Origin: Candidatus Methylomirabilis sp.
GTDB lineage: Bacteria > Methylomirabilota > Methylomirabilia > Methylomirabilales > Methylomirabilaceae
Assembly (NCBI GenBank): GCA_041498975.1
Contig: JBGQJI010000001.1
Coordinates: 14,197 to 78,196, forward strand
Direction of reading: 5' to 3'
Length of the DNA stretch: 64,000 nt
Shown: positions 29,200 through 38,602 of the stretch, piece after piece
Numbering within the stretch: the stretch's first letter is position 1
How the letters are laid out: each line of letters starts with the position of its first letter
Translations under genes and position numbers: made by a program
Notes under the pieces: generated by a model
What the model was told of the DNA's origin: nothing
The model's database searches: none
What the model saw: the letters and a program-made list of their open reading frames with translations, nothing else

Positions 29200-30429
29200 A
29201 TGAAGCGATACGCCATGACGGGACGGTTGATGTGGGTCGCGCTCAGCGCCGTGCTCATGTCGGGAGCCACCTCCCCGGCCCTCGGAGAGGTCTGCCTTTC
29301 CCCCTATGTGAAGCAGCGGACCGGACAGGAGAGGTACCTGTATGTCTGGTCGGTTGACGCCGACGCCAAGGACAATGACTTTCTGGCGGTGATCGACGTG
29401 AATCTCGCCTCGCCCACGTACGGCAAGATCCTGACCACCATCGACATCGGGTCGAAGGGGAACGAGCCGCACCACATGGGCTTCACCGACGACCGGGCCA
29501 GGATCTGGGCAGGCACCCTGTTCAGCAACAGGATCTTCATCTTCGATGTCGCGAGCGATCCGGCGCGACCCAGGATCATCAAGGTCCTGGACGACCTGGG
29601 CAAGACGACCGGGATGATGAGCCCTCACACGCACTATGCCCTCCCCGGCAGGATGTTGATCAGCTTCCTCTCCAAGGCCGACGGAGGGCTGCCGGGGGGA
29701 ATGGCCGAGTTCACGAACGACGGGCAACTGATCCGGACGATCCCGAACCCGGAATCCGCCCCCTACGCCTATGATCTAGCGATCAAGCCGGACCTGAACC
29801 TGATGGTGACATCCAGCTTTGTCCCGTACAGGAACTACTCCAAACCGCTCAGCCAGTGGGACATGAAGGACGGCGGCAACACATTGCTGGTCTGGGACTT
29901 CAAGGAGCGGAAACTCCTCCAGACGCTCCAAACCGGGCCGGTCCCGCTGGAGGTCCGGTGGTCGCTGAAGCCCAAAGCGGCCTACGGCTTCACCAACGTG
30001 GCCCTGGACGACAGCCTCTGGATGTTCAAGCGGACGAACGGGAAATTCGCCACCAAGAAGGCAGCGGACCTGGGAAAAGGGTGCCTGCCCGCCGATCTTC
30101 GACAGTCCCCGGACGACAGGTACCTTTACGTGAGCTGCTTCCTGAAGAACGAGATCCAGGTCTGGGACGTGAGCAATCCGGAGAAGCCCAAGCTCCACGA
30201 CACGCTGGTGCCGGGCGTTCAGCCCAATATGATGCACGTCACCGCCGATGGCAAGCGGATGTACATCTCTAACTCACTTCTCAGCACCATGGACCAGGCG
30301 GACCGATTCTGGGTTCGCCTCGCGCACATCGGGCCAGACGGCAGGATCAAGCTGGATCCCTTCTTCAACGTCAGCTTCATGGACTTCCAGGGCGGTCCCG
30401 CCCGCGCCCACGACATGCTCCTGTACTAG
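29200..30429 (+). CDS. Secreted SBP56/methanethiol-oxidase-like beta-propeller protein
   Basis: Signal peptide; CLSPY, YLYVW, D.LAVIDV...SPTYGK, GNEPHH.G, PHT.Y.LPG, PLEVRW, C-terminal AHDM. Confidence 0.85.
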   Translation: MKRYAMTGRLMWVALSAVLMSGATSPALGEVCLSPYVKQRTGQERYLYVWSVDADAKDNDFLAVIDVNLASPTYGKILTTIDIGSKGNEPHHMGFTDDRARIWAGTLFSNRIFIFDVASDPARPRIIKVLDDLGKTTGMMSPHTHYALPGRMLISFLSKADGGLPGGMAEFTNDGQLIRTIPNPESAPYAYDLAIKPDLNLMVTSSFVPYRNYSKPLSQWDMKDGGNTLLVWDFKERKLLQTLQTGPVPLEVRWSLKPKAAYGFTNVALDDSLWMFKRTNGKFATKKAADLGKGCLPADLRQSPDDRYLYVSCFLKNEIQVWDVSNPEKPKLHDTLVPGVQPNMMHVTADGKRMYISNSLLSTMDQADRFWVRLAHIGPDGRIKLDPFFNVSFMDFQGGPARAHDMLLY

Positions 30430-30531
30430 TGCCGTCCCAACTATTTGGCCTCACGACAGATGATGTGTGGGTAACTCAATCGGCCTCTGCATCGCGTCCT
30501 TGTTTGTCCGAAAAAACTGGAACGGCACTGA
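30426..30531 (+). mobile_element. MITE family A, copy 2
   Basis: CTAGTGCCGTCCCAA...TGGAACGGCACTGA inverted ends; interior aligns with 38291-38405; overlaps the TAG stop of the SBP56 gene. Confidence 0.75.
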
Positions 30532-30929
30532 TAGCCTGAGAATGACGTCGGCGCGAAGCCACGGTGACATTCCCGACCCCGAACGGGAACGTCACCAATC
30601 GGATCCATCGCGGCGTCGCTCGAGGCCCGAATCATAAGGGCAGGGAGGTCACCACCCGCATCTACCATACCGTCGGCAATCGCCCTATTCACGTCATCCG
30701 AGAGGTGCGATCCACGCGGCGGGCAGGCTGAACAAGGCAACTCGTCTGCGGGAAACGGGCTGATAGACTGGATGCGCTAAAGGTTCACGTCGTGAAGGCG
30801 GCGCCAGACCTTCAGCCCCCTTCTTTGGGGGTCGTCTGTTGGGCGGGACCCGATCGCTCACCCGCCTGCTGGCGCCAGTGGGACGCCGTCAGCGGGGAAA
30901 GGTCGGGACGCGCGGGCATTTCCCTTGCG

Positions 30930-31100
30930 TCAGGCTGGCTTCCCCAACTGGCGATAGAGGAACTCTTCCTGTAGCGGGCTCAGGCCGAACTCTCGGCTGG
31001 CTTGGTCGATCAGCTCCCCACGGTTGGCATCCGGTTCTTCCCTGAGTCGATCGCTCATCCATTCGATCGCACGTCTTAACGCCGCATCCTCGATCGTCAT
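30930..31100 (-). CDS. Small helical hypothetical protein
   Basis: MTIEDAALRRAIEWMS...LIDQASREFGLSPLQEEFL; SD GGAGG upstream. Confidence 0.7.
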   Translation of the reverse strand: MTIEDAALRRAIEWMSDRLREEPDANRGELIDQASREFGLSPLQEEFLYRQLGKPA

Positions 31101-31228
31101 CTTTTCCAAGACCTCCCGTGAGTTGCTGGCGACCGCGACCGGGCGCCGGCAATCCCCTGTAAGCTCGGCTGGCACAGGCCATTGTGGAACCGGACGCCGA
31201 AAATCGGAAGCAGGACAGATGCCCCTCG

Positions 31229-31882
31229 CTACCGGGAACCCTTCCCTGCCGTTCCTAAGCCCTCAGACTCTTGCTTCAGCCGCATCTTCTTGACGAGAGA
31301 CTCATACGACTGCGTGTGAATGATCTTGTTGAACTGAGTCCGGTAATTCCCGACGATGCTGATATCGTCGATCACCACATCGTAGGCGGCCCAGGTGCCA
31401 TCTCGCCGGAAGAGGGCGAAGTCCACGAAGGTCGGGTCATCCCGTTTCGAGAGGAACTTGGTCTTGACCGTGGCAACCTGCCCATCGACCGCCTCCGAAA
31501 GATAGACAACTCGCTGATCGGCGAGGTGATCGACCACAAGCCGCGTGTAGGATTCCACGAACAGGCCCCCGAAGAGGTCGACGAAGTCATGACGTTCCTG
31601 TTCCGACCGCTTTGTCCAATGGCCGGCCAGGGAGCGCCGCGCCATCTCTTCGACATCGAACCACTGAAAGATCATCTCCTTGACCCTCGCTTTCCGTTCT
31701 TCCTCCTTTGCCGCCCCCCGCAGGGCCGGGTCCTTCACAACGGCGCTGACCCGGTCCAGCTCGCCCTTCACCCGATCGGTCGTCTCCCCCGCCTGGACCG
31801 ATGCTGCGAAGGCTACCCACAGCAGAGCAATCCCTCCAGCCATCACTCCCTTTCGTGCAACCAACCTAGCTCGACGCATCAT
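31229..31882 (-). CDS. MlaC/HpnM family periplasmic lipid-binding protein
   Basis: Signal peptide; FD..EMARRSL..HW, W..YDV.ID.IS.V.NYR.QF; follows an HpnN-like transporter. Exact start uncertain. Confidence 0.88.
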   Translation of the reverse strand: MMRRARLVARKGVMAGGIALLWVAFAASVQAGETTDRVKGELDRVSAVVKDPALRGAAKEEERKARVKEMIFQWFDVEEMARRSLAGHWTKRSEQERHDFVDLFGGLFVESYTRLVVDHLADQRVVYLSEAVDGQVATVKTKFLSKRDDPTFVDFALFRRDGTWAAYDVVIDDISIVGNYRTQFNKIIHTQSYESLVKKMRLKQESEGLGTAGKGSR

Positions 31883-34625
31883 GTCGGAATTCTCCTTCGG
31901 ACCTGGCACCCGTTTTTTCCTTCATCCCTGACGGCCGTTTGGCGGCGAGTGTGAGCAGGGCAGGCAGGAGGGTCAGGGAGACGGCCAGCACGCTGCCCAC
32001 CCCAAGCGTCACCAAGAGGCCGATGCTGAAAGCCCCGCGGTGATGAGCGACCATCAGGCTCCCGAAGCCAACCATCGTCGTCAGCGAAGAGAGGGTCACG
32101 CCCTTTCCGATGCTCCTTGGAAGGACGGCGGACTCCGCTTCCTCACGGTAGCGGTGAACGATCAGGAGCCCGTTCTCCACGCCGGGCGCGACGATCAGCG
32201 GGATGATAATGAGGTTGGCAAGATTAAACTTCACCCGGAAGACCAGCATCAAGCCAGCGGTCCAGACGGCGCCAACCAGCAGCGGGACCTTTGCCAGAAG
32301 GAAGTACCGCAGGTCGCGGAAGTTCAACAGGATGAGGATCGCGACCCCGACCAGGGCGTAGATCCCGACCTGCTGGTACCCCCGCTTCATCGTCGCGATG
32401 ACTTCGTGCCCCTCAACCGGGTCGCCGATGGCGTCCGGATCAACCCTTCGCAGGTCAGCGACGAACGCCGCCTGGGAGGCGACTTCCCACGGACTCTGGC
32501 GCGAGAAGACGCGTACTAGGTACGACCCGTCCCGGCCGATGAATTGCTTTTTCAGATCGCGCGGCAGGTCCTCCATCACCACCGGCCCTGACGCCACCGC
32601 CCTGGCAAGGAGCGCCACCTTGTCATGGAAGTCATGCACCAACTCGCCCTGATAGGTGGAGAGCCTGCGGCGGACCTCTTCGGGGTCGTGTCGCGCGAGA
32701 AGCATCTGAAACTCTTCGATAAGGCGCCTGACTCGCCCCATCATCTCAAGGGGCGGCGTGTCTTTCCGATCCCATTTCTCAATTTCCTCCGGCGTGAGCA
32801 TCTTCGCCTTGATCCGGCTCAGCGTATCCAGGAGTCCCTCGAGGTCAACCGGCGCGGGAGGGGCCACCTCCAGGCTTACACCTTCCAGAACAGGCTTGAG
32901 CTCGCGGAGGAGCGGAAGTTTGCGTTCCTGATCCTCCGGCATGACGGTGGCGATGCTCTCCACCTTGCTGATTGTGGGAAGAGACTCGAGGGCGAGCGTC
33001 TTCTCCCTGACCTCTTCCAATGTCCGAGCCAGGATCACTCCATACGAGGTGGAACGCTCGGAGTTCTTAATGATCTTCAGTTCCCAAGTCACCGACTCGG
33101 TCCCCTCGGCTTGCAGACGGAGGACATTTCCATCGAATCCGACCTCGGTCAACGCATACAGGGCGACCACGGTGGCGAGCCCCGAAAGCGCGAGGACCGT
33201 CCGCGGCCGCCGGTAGCAGGCTTCCAGGAAGGCTGGAGGCCGAAGCGAGAGGGACGGCGGCACGACGGCCACGACAGCCTTCCGTCTGTCCCAGAGCAAT
33301 AGCAGCGGCGGCAGGACGGCGAAGGTCGAGACCAGCGTCAACAGCAGGCCGCTGCCAGTGATGAAGCCCAGCTCCCGCAGAGCGCTGATCTTCGTGAGCA
33401 AAAGGGTGAAGAGGGCCACGGACGTTATCACAGCGGCCTGAAGGATGCCAGGACCGGCCCCCTCGAAGGCCCGCTCTAGCGCCTCTCGGATGGAATAGCC
33501 TTGGCCCCGCTCCTCCTCGTACCGTGCCAAGAGGTGGATCCCGTAGTCCATCCCGATCCCGATCAGCATCGGCGCCAGCACCACCGAGAGCATGTTCAGG
33601 TGGCCGACCGTGATCGCGGCGAACCCGAAGGCCCAGCACACGCCCATGATCAACGCGATAAGGCCCATCAGTGGACGGAGTATGCCCCGGAACACCACCA
33701 CCACCAGCAGGGCGACCCCGACGAGCGAGATGACGGTAGCCAGACCGCTGTCTCGCTGGGCAGCGTTCACCTCATCGTACTCCAGGGCCGGATCTCCCGT
33801 CACGCCGGCCTTGATCCCGGGATACTGCTGTTGCAGCGTTCGGATCTCCTTGCGGATCCCCTCGATCGGCCGCTGGAATCTGATAAAGCTCTCGGCATCC
33901 CCTTTCACGGTGGCCAGGACAAAGAGGAATCGCTTGTCTTCGGACCACAGGTAACCATCCCGGTCATCGTTCTCGTCAATGTCGGTGAAGAACCGGCTCC
34001 ATGGAGAGGCGTAGACGCGCGGGCCCTCCGTCCAAGCCTTGAGCTGTTCCAGCAGGACGACAAGCGGCGCGAGGTCAACTGGGCGCTGCTCCTCCCCATC
34101 GCTCTCCTCCAAGAAGCCGGTGAACAGGTGGCCGACCAGGGCCTTGCTGATCTCTCTCTGGATGAGGTGGAACAAGCGGTTGAGCCCGGGTTCGGCAGAG
34201 AGCTCTTCCAGAAGCGCCCGATGCTCCTGCAGCTTGCCTTTCAGGTCAACCAGCTCTTGCGGGGAGAGGTAGAGGAGGAAGTGATCCTCCAACGCCTTCA
34301 GGTCGAAGCGCTCGAGCACCTCTTCGACCCCAGGGACCTGAGCTCTGAGCCGCCGGGCGAGGGCGGCGGCAAAGCGCTTCGCTCGATCCTGATCGTCGGA
34401 CTGGATCACGATGATCGCCCGATCGCGGTCGCCAAACGCCTGGCGGTATTCTTCCTGAAGCTGGGCGAGCCTCCCCTTGAGGGGGGCCAGGGCGGAGCGC
34501 GTGGAGGTGAAGCTCAATCGTTGAACCGTCACGTACACCGACAGGAGGGTCAGGAGAAGCGCTGAGATCAACGTGATCCACGGGTGCGCAAGGACCGTGC
34601 GCGCGATGAGCTTTCGCAACCTCAT
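31866..34625 (-). CDS. MMPL/RND family transporter, HpnN-like
   Basis: Two MMPL repeats with large periplasmic domains; GIGMDYGIH, LTTMVGFGSL...H.G..SIG. Confidence 0.88.
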   Translation of the reverse strand: MRLRKLIARTVLAHPWITLISALLLTLLSVYVTVQRLSFTSTRSALAPLKGRLAQLQEEYRQAFGDRDRAIIVIQSDDQDRAKRFAAALARRLRAQVPGVEEVLERFDLKALEDHFLLYLSPQELVDLKGKLQEHRALLEELSAEPGLNRLFHLIQREISKALVGHLFTGFLEESDGEEQRPVDLAPLVVLLEQLKAWTEGPRVYASPWSRFFTDIDENDDRDGYLWSEDKRFLFVLATVKGDAESFIRFQRPIEGIRKEIRTLQQQYPGIKAGVTGDPALEYDEVNAAQRDSGLATVISLVGVALLVVVVFRGILRPLMGLIALIMGVCWAFGFAAITVGHLNMLSVVLAPMLIGIGMDYGIHLLARYEEERGQGYSIREALERAFEGAGPGILQAAVITSVALFTLLLTKISALRELGFITGSGLLLTLVSTFAVLPPLLLLWDRRKAVVAVVPPSLSLRPPAFLEACYRRPRTVLALSGLATVVALYALTEVGFDGNVLRLQAEGTESVTWELKIIKNSERSTSYGVILARTLEEVREKTLALESLPTISKVESIATVMPEDQERKLPLLRELKPVLEGVSLEVAPPAPVDLEGLLDTLSRIKAKMLTPEEIEKWDRKDTPPLEMMGRVRRLIEEFQMLLARHDPEEVRRRLSTYQGELVHDFHDKVALLARAVASGPVVMEDLPRDLKKQFIGRDGSYLVRVFSRQSPWEVASQAAFVADLRRVDPDAIGDPVEGHEVIATMKRGYQQVGIYALVGVAILILLNFRDLRYFLLAKVPLLVGAVWTAGLMLVFRVKFNLANLIIIPLIVAPGVENGLLIVHRYREEAESAVLPRSIGKGVTLSSLTTMVGFGSLMVAHHRGAFSIGLLVTLGVGSVLAVSLTLLPALLTLAAKRPSGMKEKTGARSEGEFRHDASS

Positions 34626-34855
34626 CGATCAGGTCTCGCCGGGATGCGCCGCGGGCCGCACACCACCGCCTGGGGAAGGCGCGGGGCGTTCAGCTTTATC
34701 ACTGTGTGATCGCTCGCGCCGTTCAACTTTTCGAATTCCTAAGCTGGGGACCGGTCGGCCGATCGGCTTCCCACTTCGGGCAACGATCGCCGCAGCCCAC
34801 CAACCCGCAGGCGCGACATGAGAGGATCTTGGTCGTCATCAGATCGTCCAGCGAT

Positions 34856-35626
34856 TCACTCCAAGAGTCGCATGACAGGGATCATCCTTCGATCGAATTT
34901 CTCGAAGGTTTCGCTCCGGAGGGAATCGATTGACCGGTAACAGGCCTCCACCTGCTGAAGAAACTGATCCAGTTCCAGTCCGAAGCTGGCCGGGCGGTAG
35001 TCCTTGACTTTCGCCAAACCTTCCCTCAGGAGGCTCAGGGCGCCTTTGAGGTTCCTGTTCTCCAGATGGTGGAAAGCGACCGCTATCTGTATCAACCCCT
35101 GTAACAACGGCCGCGTCTGCTCCCCCTGCTTGAGCCAGACAGCTTCTAGGATCTCGTGCACCTCGAAGAAAAGTCCTTCATTGAAGAGGCAGGTTGCCTC
35201 CTCGATTGCTCGCTCCACCTCGCCCGCCGGTCGAATCTGGCGCCGAGACAGCATCTCCAGGGCACGACAGTAGGCCTCAGCCCTCGACGTCGCAGCGGGA
35301 AGCTCTCTCTGTAGTTCCTCACCCAGCGCCACCCAGCGCTGGCCACTGCGGGTCCCATGGGCCTGAAAGAGCTTCGAATCGATCAGCTCCTCGATGGATT
35401 CCTCCGCAGATGCCTGAACCTTGACCTCGCGGAAGGCACCCTCGACTGCGCCAAGGAGGGCGCCGAACGGAACCTCTACGTGCCCTTGCGCCCGGGCGAG
35501 GCGAACAACCGAGCGAAGCGCATACAGAGGCGCTGCCCGCTCCGGCTTGCAGAGTGCCTCGCCTAACAGCTCGCTCAGCCGGTCGCGCAGCTCGAGGTTC
35601 CTGATTGGCGGCGGTGCGTCCCGCAT
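34856..35626 (-). CDS. DUF309 domain protein with N-terminal extension
   Basis: C-terminal FN.GLFFEVHE.LE.VW...LQGLIQIAVA.HH motif. Confidence 0.82.
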   Translation of the reverse strand: MRDAPPPIRNLELRDRLSELLGEALCKPERAAPLYALRSVVRLARAQGHVEVPFGALLGAVEGAFREVKVQASAEESIEELIDSKLFQAHGTRSGQRWVALGEELQRELPAATSRAEAYCRALEMLSRRQIRPAGEVERAIEEATCLFNEGLFFEVHEILEAVWLKQGEQTRPLLQGLIQIAVAFHHLENRNLKGALSLLREGLAKVKDYRPASFGLELDQFLQQVEACYRSIDSLRSETFEKFDRRMIPVMRLLE

Positions 35627-35751
35627 CAGAGATCGGGCACGATGCCAGGGTCGGCCACAAGGGCTCGAACCGCCTCAGAAGACAGAGGCCGCTCGGAGAT
35701 CTCATGAACCGATGGACTTTCCGTCAACGACGTGTCTCGACTGCCCGTCAT
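35626..35751 (-). pseudogene. 41-aa ORF resembling a truncated MoaE N-terminus, coupled to the DUF309 gene
   Basis: MTGSRDTSLTESPSVHEISERPLSSEAVRALVADPGIVPDL; SD GAGGGGG; TGATG stop/start overlap. Confidence 0.35.
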
Positions 35752-35980
35752 CCCGGTCCCCCTCATCGACCTGGCGACCGATTGCGGTGGCTTCAGCGGC
35801 GTGAGCTGTCATTATAACAGGGCGTTGCAACCTCGCGTAACGTTTTCTCTTTCCTCGAGCGAAGCAGTACCCTTCGCTGGGGGGCGCGGCACCGACCTTA
35901 CCGATCCCCTTCCGTCTCTCGATCCGAGCCACCGATTCGTATCAATTCTGAACGCTTGGGGGCATAAGGCTGGGACTAGG

Positions 35981-36152
35981 TTGCCTGGAGGCCCGTGAGC
36001 CCTGATCGCGGATGCCAATACGTCGCCGCCCCACTCCGGAATCCGGGGCCGACTCCTCTCGGGAGAGAGTTTAGACCCTGGCCGGTGCGGAAGAGATCAG
36101 GCTACATGTCGCCAGTCGGCAGGCCCTGCAGGTAGGAAGGCGCAGAGGCGCC
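35981..36152 (+). ncRNA. Candidate multibranched structured RNA, family not recognised
   Basis: Nested helices TTGCCTG/CAGGTAG and CGTG-AGCC-TGATC/GATCA-GGCT-CATG enclose hairpins GTCG..GCCCC/GGGGC-CGAC and CTCTC-GGGA-GAGAG (GNRA loop); G-U pairs favour the plus strand. Confidence 0.45.
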
Positions 36153-36430
36153 GTGGTCGATGTTACTAAGCGGAGCGGGAAATAATAGATGACACGTCCG
36201 CCCGCCCCTCATCGGACTCTCGCCCGGACTGTGCGGCCTGGGCTCGAGTGTCGCCTCATTCACGCTCCGCACAGTATCCTTCCGGGCGGCGTCTCTGCGC
36301 GTCCAGTTCGGTCAGCCCCAGGTGAAGCTTGCCAGGCCCCATATCGCATGGCTGGCCATAACCTCCTCCACCTGGGGGTGGAGGAATGAAGGGGCATCCC
36401 TCCGCAGAACGGCCACGAAGGGAACTGTGC

Positions 36431-38152
36431 TCATCGGGCATTGTGTTCCCTCCTCCTGGCCAGTTCCTCCTCGCGCAGGGCACGCCGGAGCACCTTGCCA
36501 ACGAGTGTCTTCGGAAGCTCCTTCCGGAACTCCACCTGGGTGGGCACCTTGTACTTGGCCATTCTCTCCTTGCAGAAGTCGATGATCTCCTGTTCGGCGG
36601 CCGACTGCCCCTCTTTCAGGACGACATACGCCTTCACCGTCTCTCCCATGTAAGGATCAGGCAGGCCAACCGCCACCACCTCCCGGACCTTCGGGTGCTC
36701 ATAGAGGGGTTCTTCAACTTCACGGGGATAGACGTTGAAGCCACCCACGATGATCATTTCCTTCTTCCTGTCCACAATGCTGAAGTACCCCTGTTCGTCC
36801 ATGTAGCCGATGTCGCCGGTGTATAACCATCCGTCCTTCAGCACTATTGCGGTCTCGTCCGACCGATTCCAGTACCCCGACATCACTTGGGGGCCCTTGA
36901 CCACCACCTCGCCGATTTCCCCTGGCGGAAGCGTCCGCTGGCCAGTCTCCAGGTCGACGATCCGCGCATCGGTGTCGGGCAGCGGAAGGCCGATCTTCCC
37001 GATCTTCCTGGCGCCATAGAGCGGGTTCGCGTGCGTGACCGGAGAGGCTTCTGTCAGGCCGTACCCTTCCACCAGGCGGGCGCCTGTTAAGGCCTCGAAT
37101 TTTGTCTGTACCTCCACCGGCAGCGGCGCAGCCCCGCTCAGGCAGGCCTTGATCGAGTGGAGGTCGTACTTCGCCGCCTTCGGGTAATTATTGATCGCCA
37201 CATACATCGTCGGGACACCAGGAAAAAGGGTGGGACGGTACTTGGCGATCGCCTTCAGGACCTGCTTCACCTTGAATTGCGGCAGGAGAACCATGGTCTG
37301 ACCCAGCGAGATGCAGAGGTTCATCACCACGGTCATCCCGTACACATGGAAAAACGGGACCGCGCCCAGGAAGACCTCCGTCCCCCCTTGCTCTTTCACC
37401 AGCCATGCGCCGGTCTGGAGAGTGTTGGCCACCAGATTCCTGTGGGTCAGGACCGCCCCCTTGGCCACGCCTGTGGTCCCTCCGGTGTACTGGAGAAGGG
37501 CAGGGTCATCGGGGCGGACTTCGACGGTGGGAGGCTTCGCCGCTATGGAAGCCAGCATCTCCGAGAACAGCTCCGTCCCCGGGCTTCGCTCCACCCGAAT
37601 CCGGTGCCCCTCCTTTTTCTCCTTGAGGACCGTGAAGAGCCCCCGCAGCAGTGGCGGGAAGTACTCCTTGATGTTGGTGATGATGATTCGCTTGAGCCCG
37701 GTCCTCGAGGCCACTTCTTTGGCGAGTGGATACAGCTTGGACAGCACGACGATGGTCTGTGAACCGGAGTCGTTCAATTGGTGCTCCAGCTCCTTCGCAG
37801 AATAGAGGGGGCTGGTGGAGACGACGACGCCGCCGGCGCGAAGCGTGCCGTAGTAGGCGATCACCATCTGGGGACAGTTCGGGAGGAAGAGCGACACCCG
37901 GTCACCTTTCGCGAGGCCACGCTCGGCAAGGGCCGCGGCAAAGCGGTCCACGACCCGATCCAGCTCACGGTAGGTGAGCCTGCCGCCGTAGAAGATGATC
38001 GCGTCACGATCCGGGCAGTTTTTAGCAGAAATCGAGAGGAAGTGCTGGAGTGTGACCTCGGGGTACTCGAGGGTTCTAGGAATCCACTGGTCGTAGTGGG
38101 CGAACCAGGGTCGGTCGAAGTCCTGATTCGTTGTCACATACGTGCTCTTCAT
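36431..38152 (-). CDS. Long-chain-fatty-acid--CoA ligase
   Basis: QYTGGTTGVAKG, GYGLTEASP, TGDIG, DRKKEMI, GKVLRR. Confidence 0.95.
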   Translation of the reverse strand: MKSTYVTTNQDFDRPWFAHYDQWIPRTLEYPEVTLQHFLSISAKNCPDRDAIIFYGGRLTYRELDRVVDRFAAALAERGLAKGDRVSLFLPNCPQMVIAYYGTLRAGGVVVSTSPLYSAKELEHQLNDSGSQTIVVLSKLYPLAKEVASRTGLKRIIITNIKEYFPPLLRGLFTVLKEKKEGHRIRVERSPGTELFSEMLASIAAKPPTVEVRPDDPALLQYTGGTTGVAKGAVLTHRNLVANTLQTGAWLVKEQGGTEVFLGAVPFFHVYGMTVVMNLCISLGQTMVLLPQFKVKQVLKAIAKYRPTLFPGVPTMYVAINNYPKAAKYDLHSIKACLSGAAPLPVEVQTKFEALTGARLVEGYGLTEASPVTHANPLYGARKIGKIGLPLPDTDARIVDLETGQRTLPPGEIGEVVVKGPQVMSGYWNRSDETAIVLKDGWLYTGDIGYMDEQGYFSIVDRKKEMIIVGGFNVYPREVEEPLYEHPKVREVVAVGLPDPYMGETVKAYVVLKEGQSAAEQEIIDFCKERMAKYKVPTQVEFRKELPKTLVGKVLRRALREEELARRREHNAR

Positions 38153-38290
38153 TCCTCACTCACTGCCGCCACATCGTCCCTTTCTGACGACAGGGGTGGT
38201 GACTATGGCCCGTCTTTCTGCCCAGGGGGCCGGCGGCCAGGACACCGACTCTTCGCAATCGCCGTTCCGATAATCGGATTCTTCAATCGA

Positions 38291-38405
38291 CTCGTGCCGT
38301 TCAAGCCGGTTGGCCTCACGATACCACGATACGATGTTGTGTGGGCAAGTCAATCAACCTCTGCATGCCGGCACTATTTGTCCGAAACAGTTGGAACGGC
38401 ACTAG
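38291..38405 (+). mobile_element. MITE family A, copy 3
   Basis: CTCGTGCCGTTC...GGAACGGCACTAG; shares TTGGCCTCACGA, TGTGTGGG, CCTCTGCAT and TTTGTCCGAAA with copy 2. Confidence 0.75.
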
Positions 38406-38602
38406 CGGAGGACAGTTCGATCGCCCTTCAGGGCGAAGCAGCGGAAGCAGAGCATATCGTAAAGCCTCGCGGCTTGGCAATCAGAAAATCCAGGTCGAGG
38501 GGCCCATTCGACCCAGGTGCCGACAGGGTTCCAGATGCTGGGCCATGGAAGAAATCCGGGCGAACTGCTCAGACTTCGCCGGGACACTATCCGCCGGCAA
38601 CA

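Noticed and set aside
35640-35700. tRNA or tRNA-Sec suggested by GGTTCGAG on the minus strand
   Set aside because: No cloverleaf, acceptor stem or UCA anticodon arm.
35981-36200. tmRNA, RNase P, SRP, TPP or M-box identity for the structured RNA
   Set aside because: Signature sequences (tRNA-like ends and tag, GAGGAAAGUC, CAGG..GGAAG..AGCAG, CUGAGA) are absent.
38156-38353. 65-aa ORF upstream of the acyl-CoA ligase
   Set aside because: Starts inside MITE copy 3; no protein-like features.
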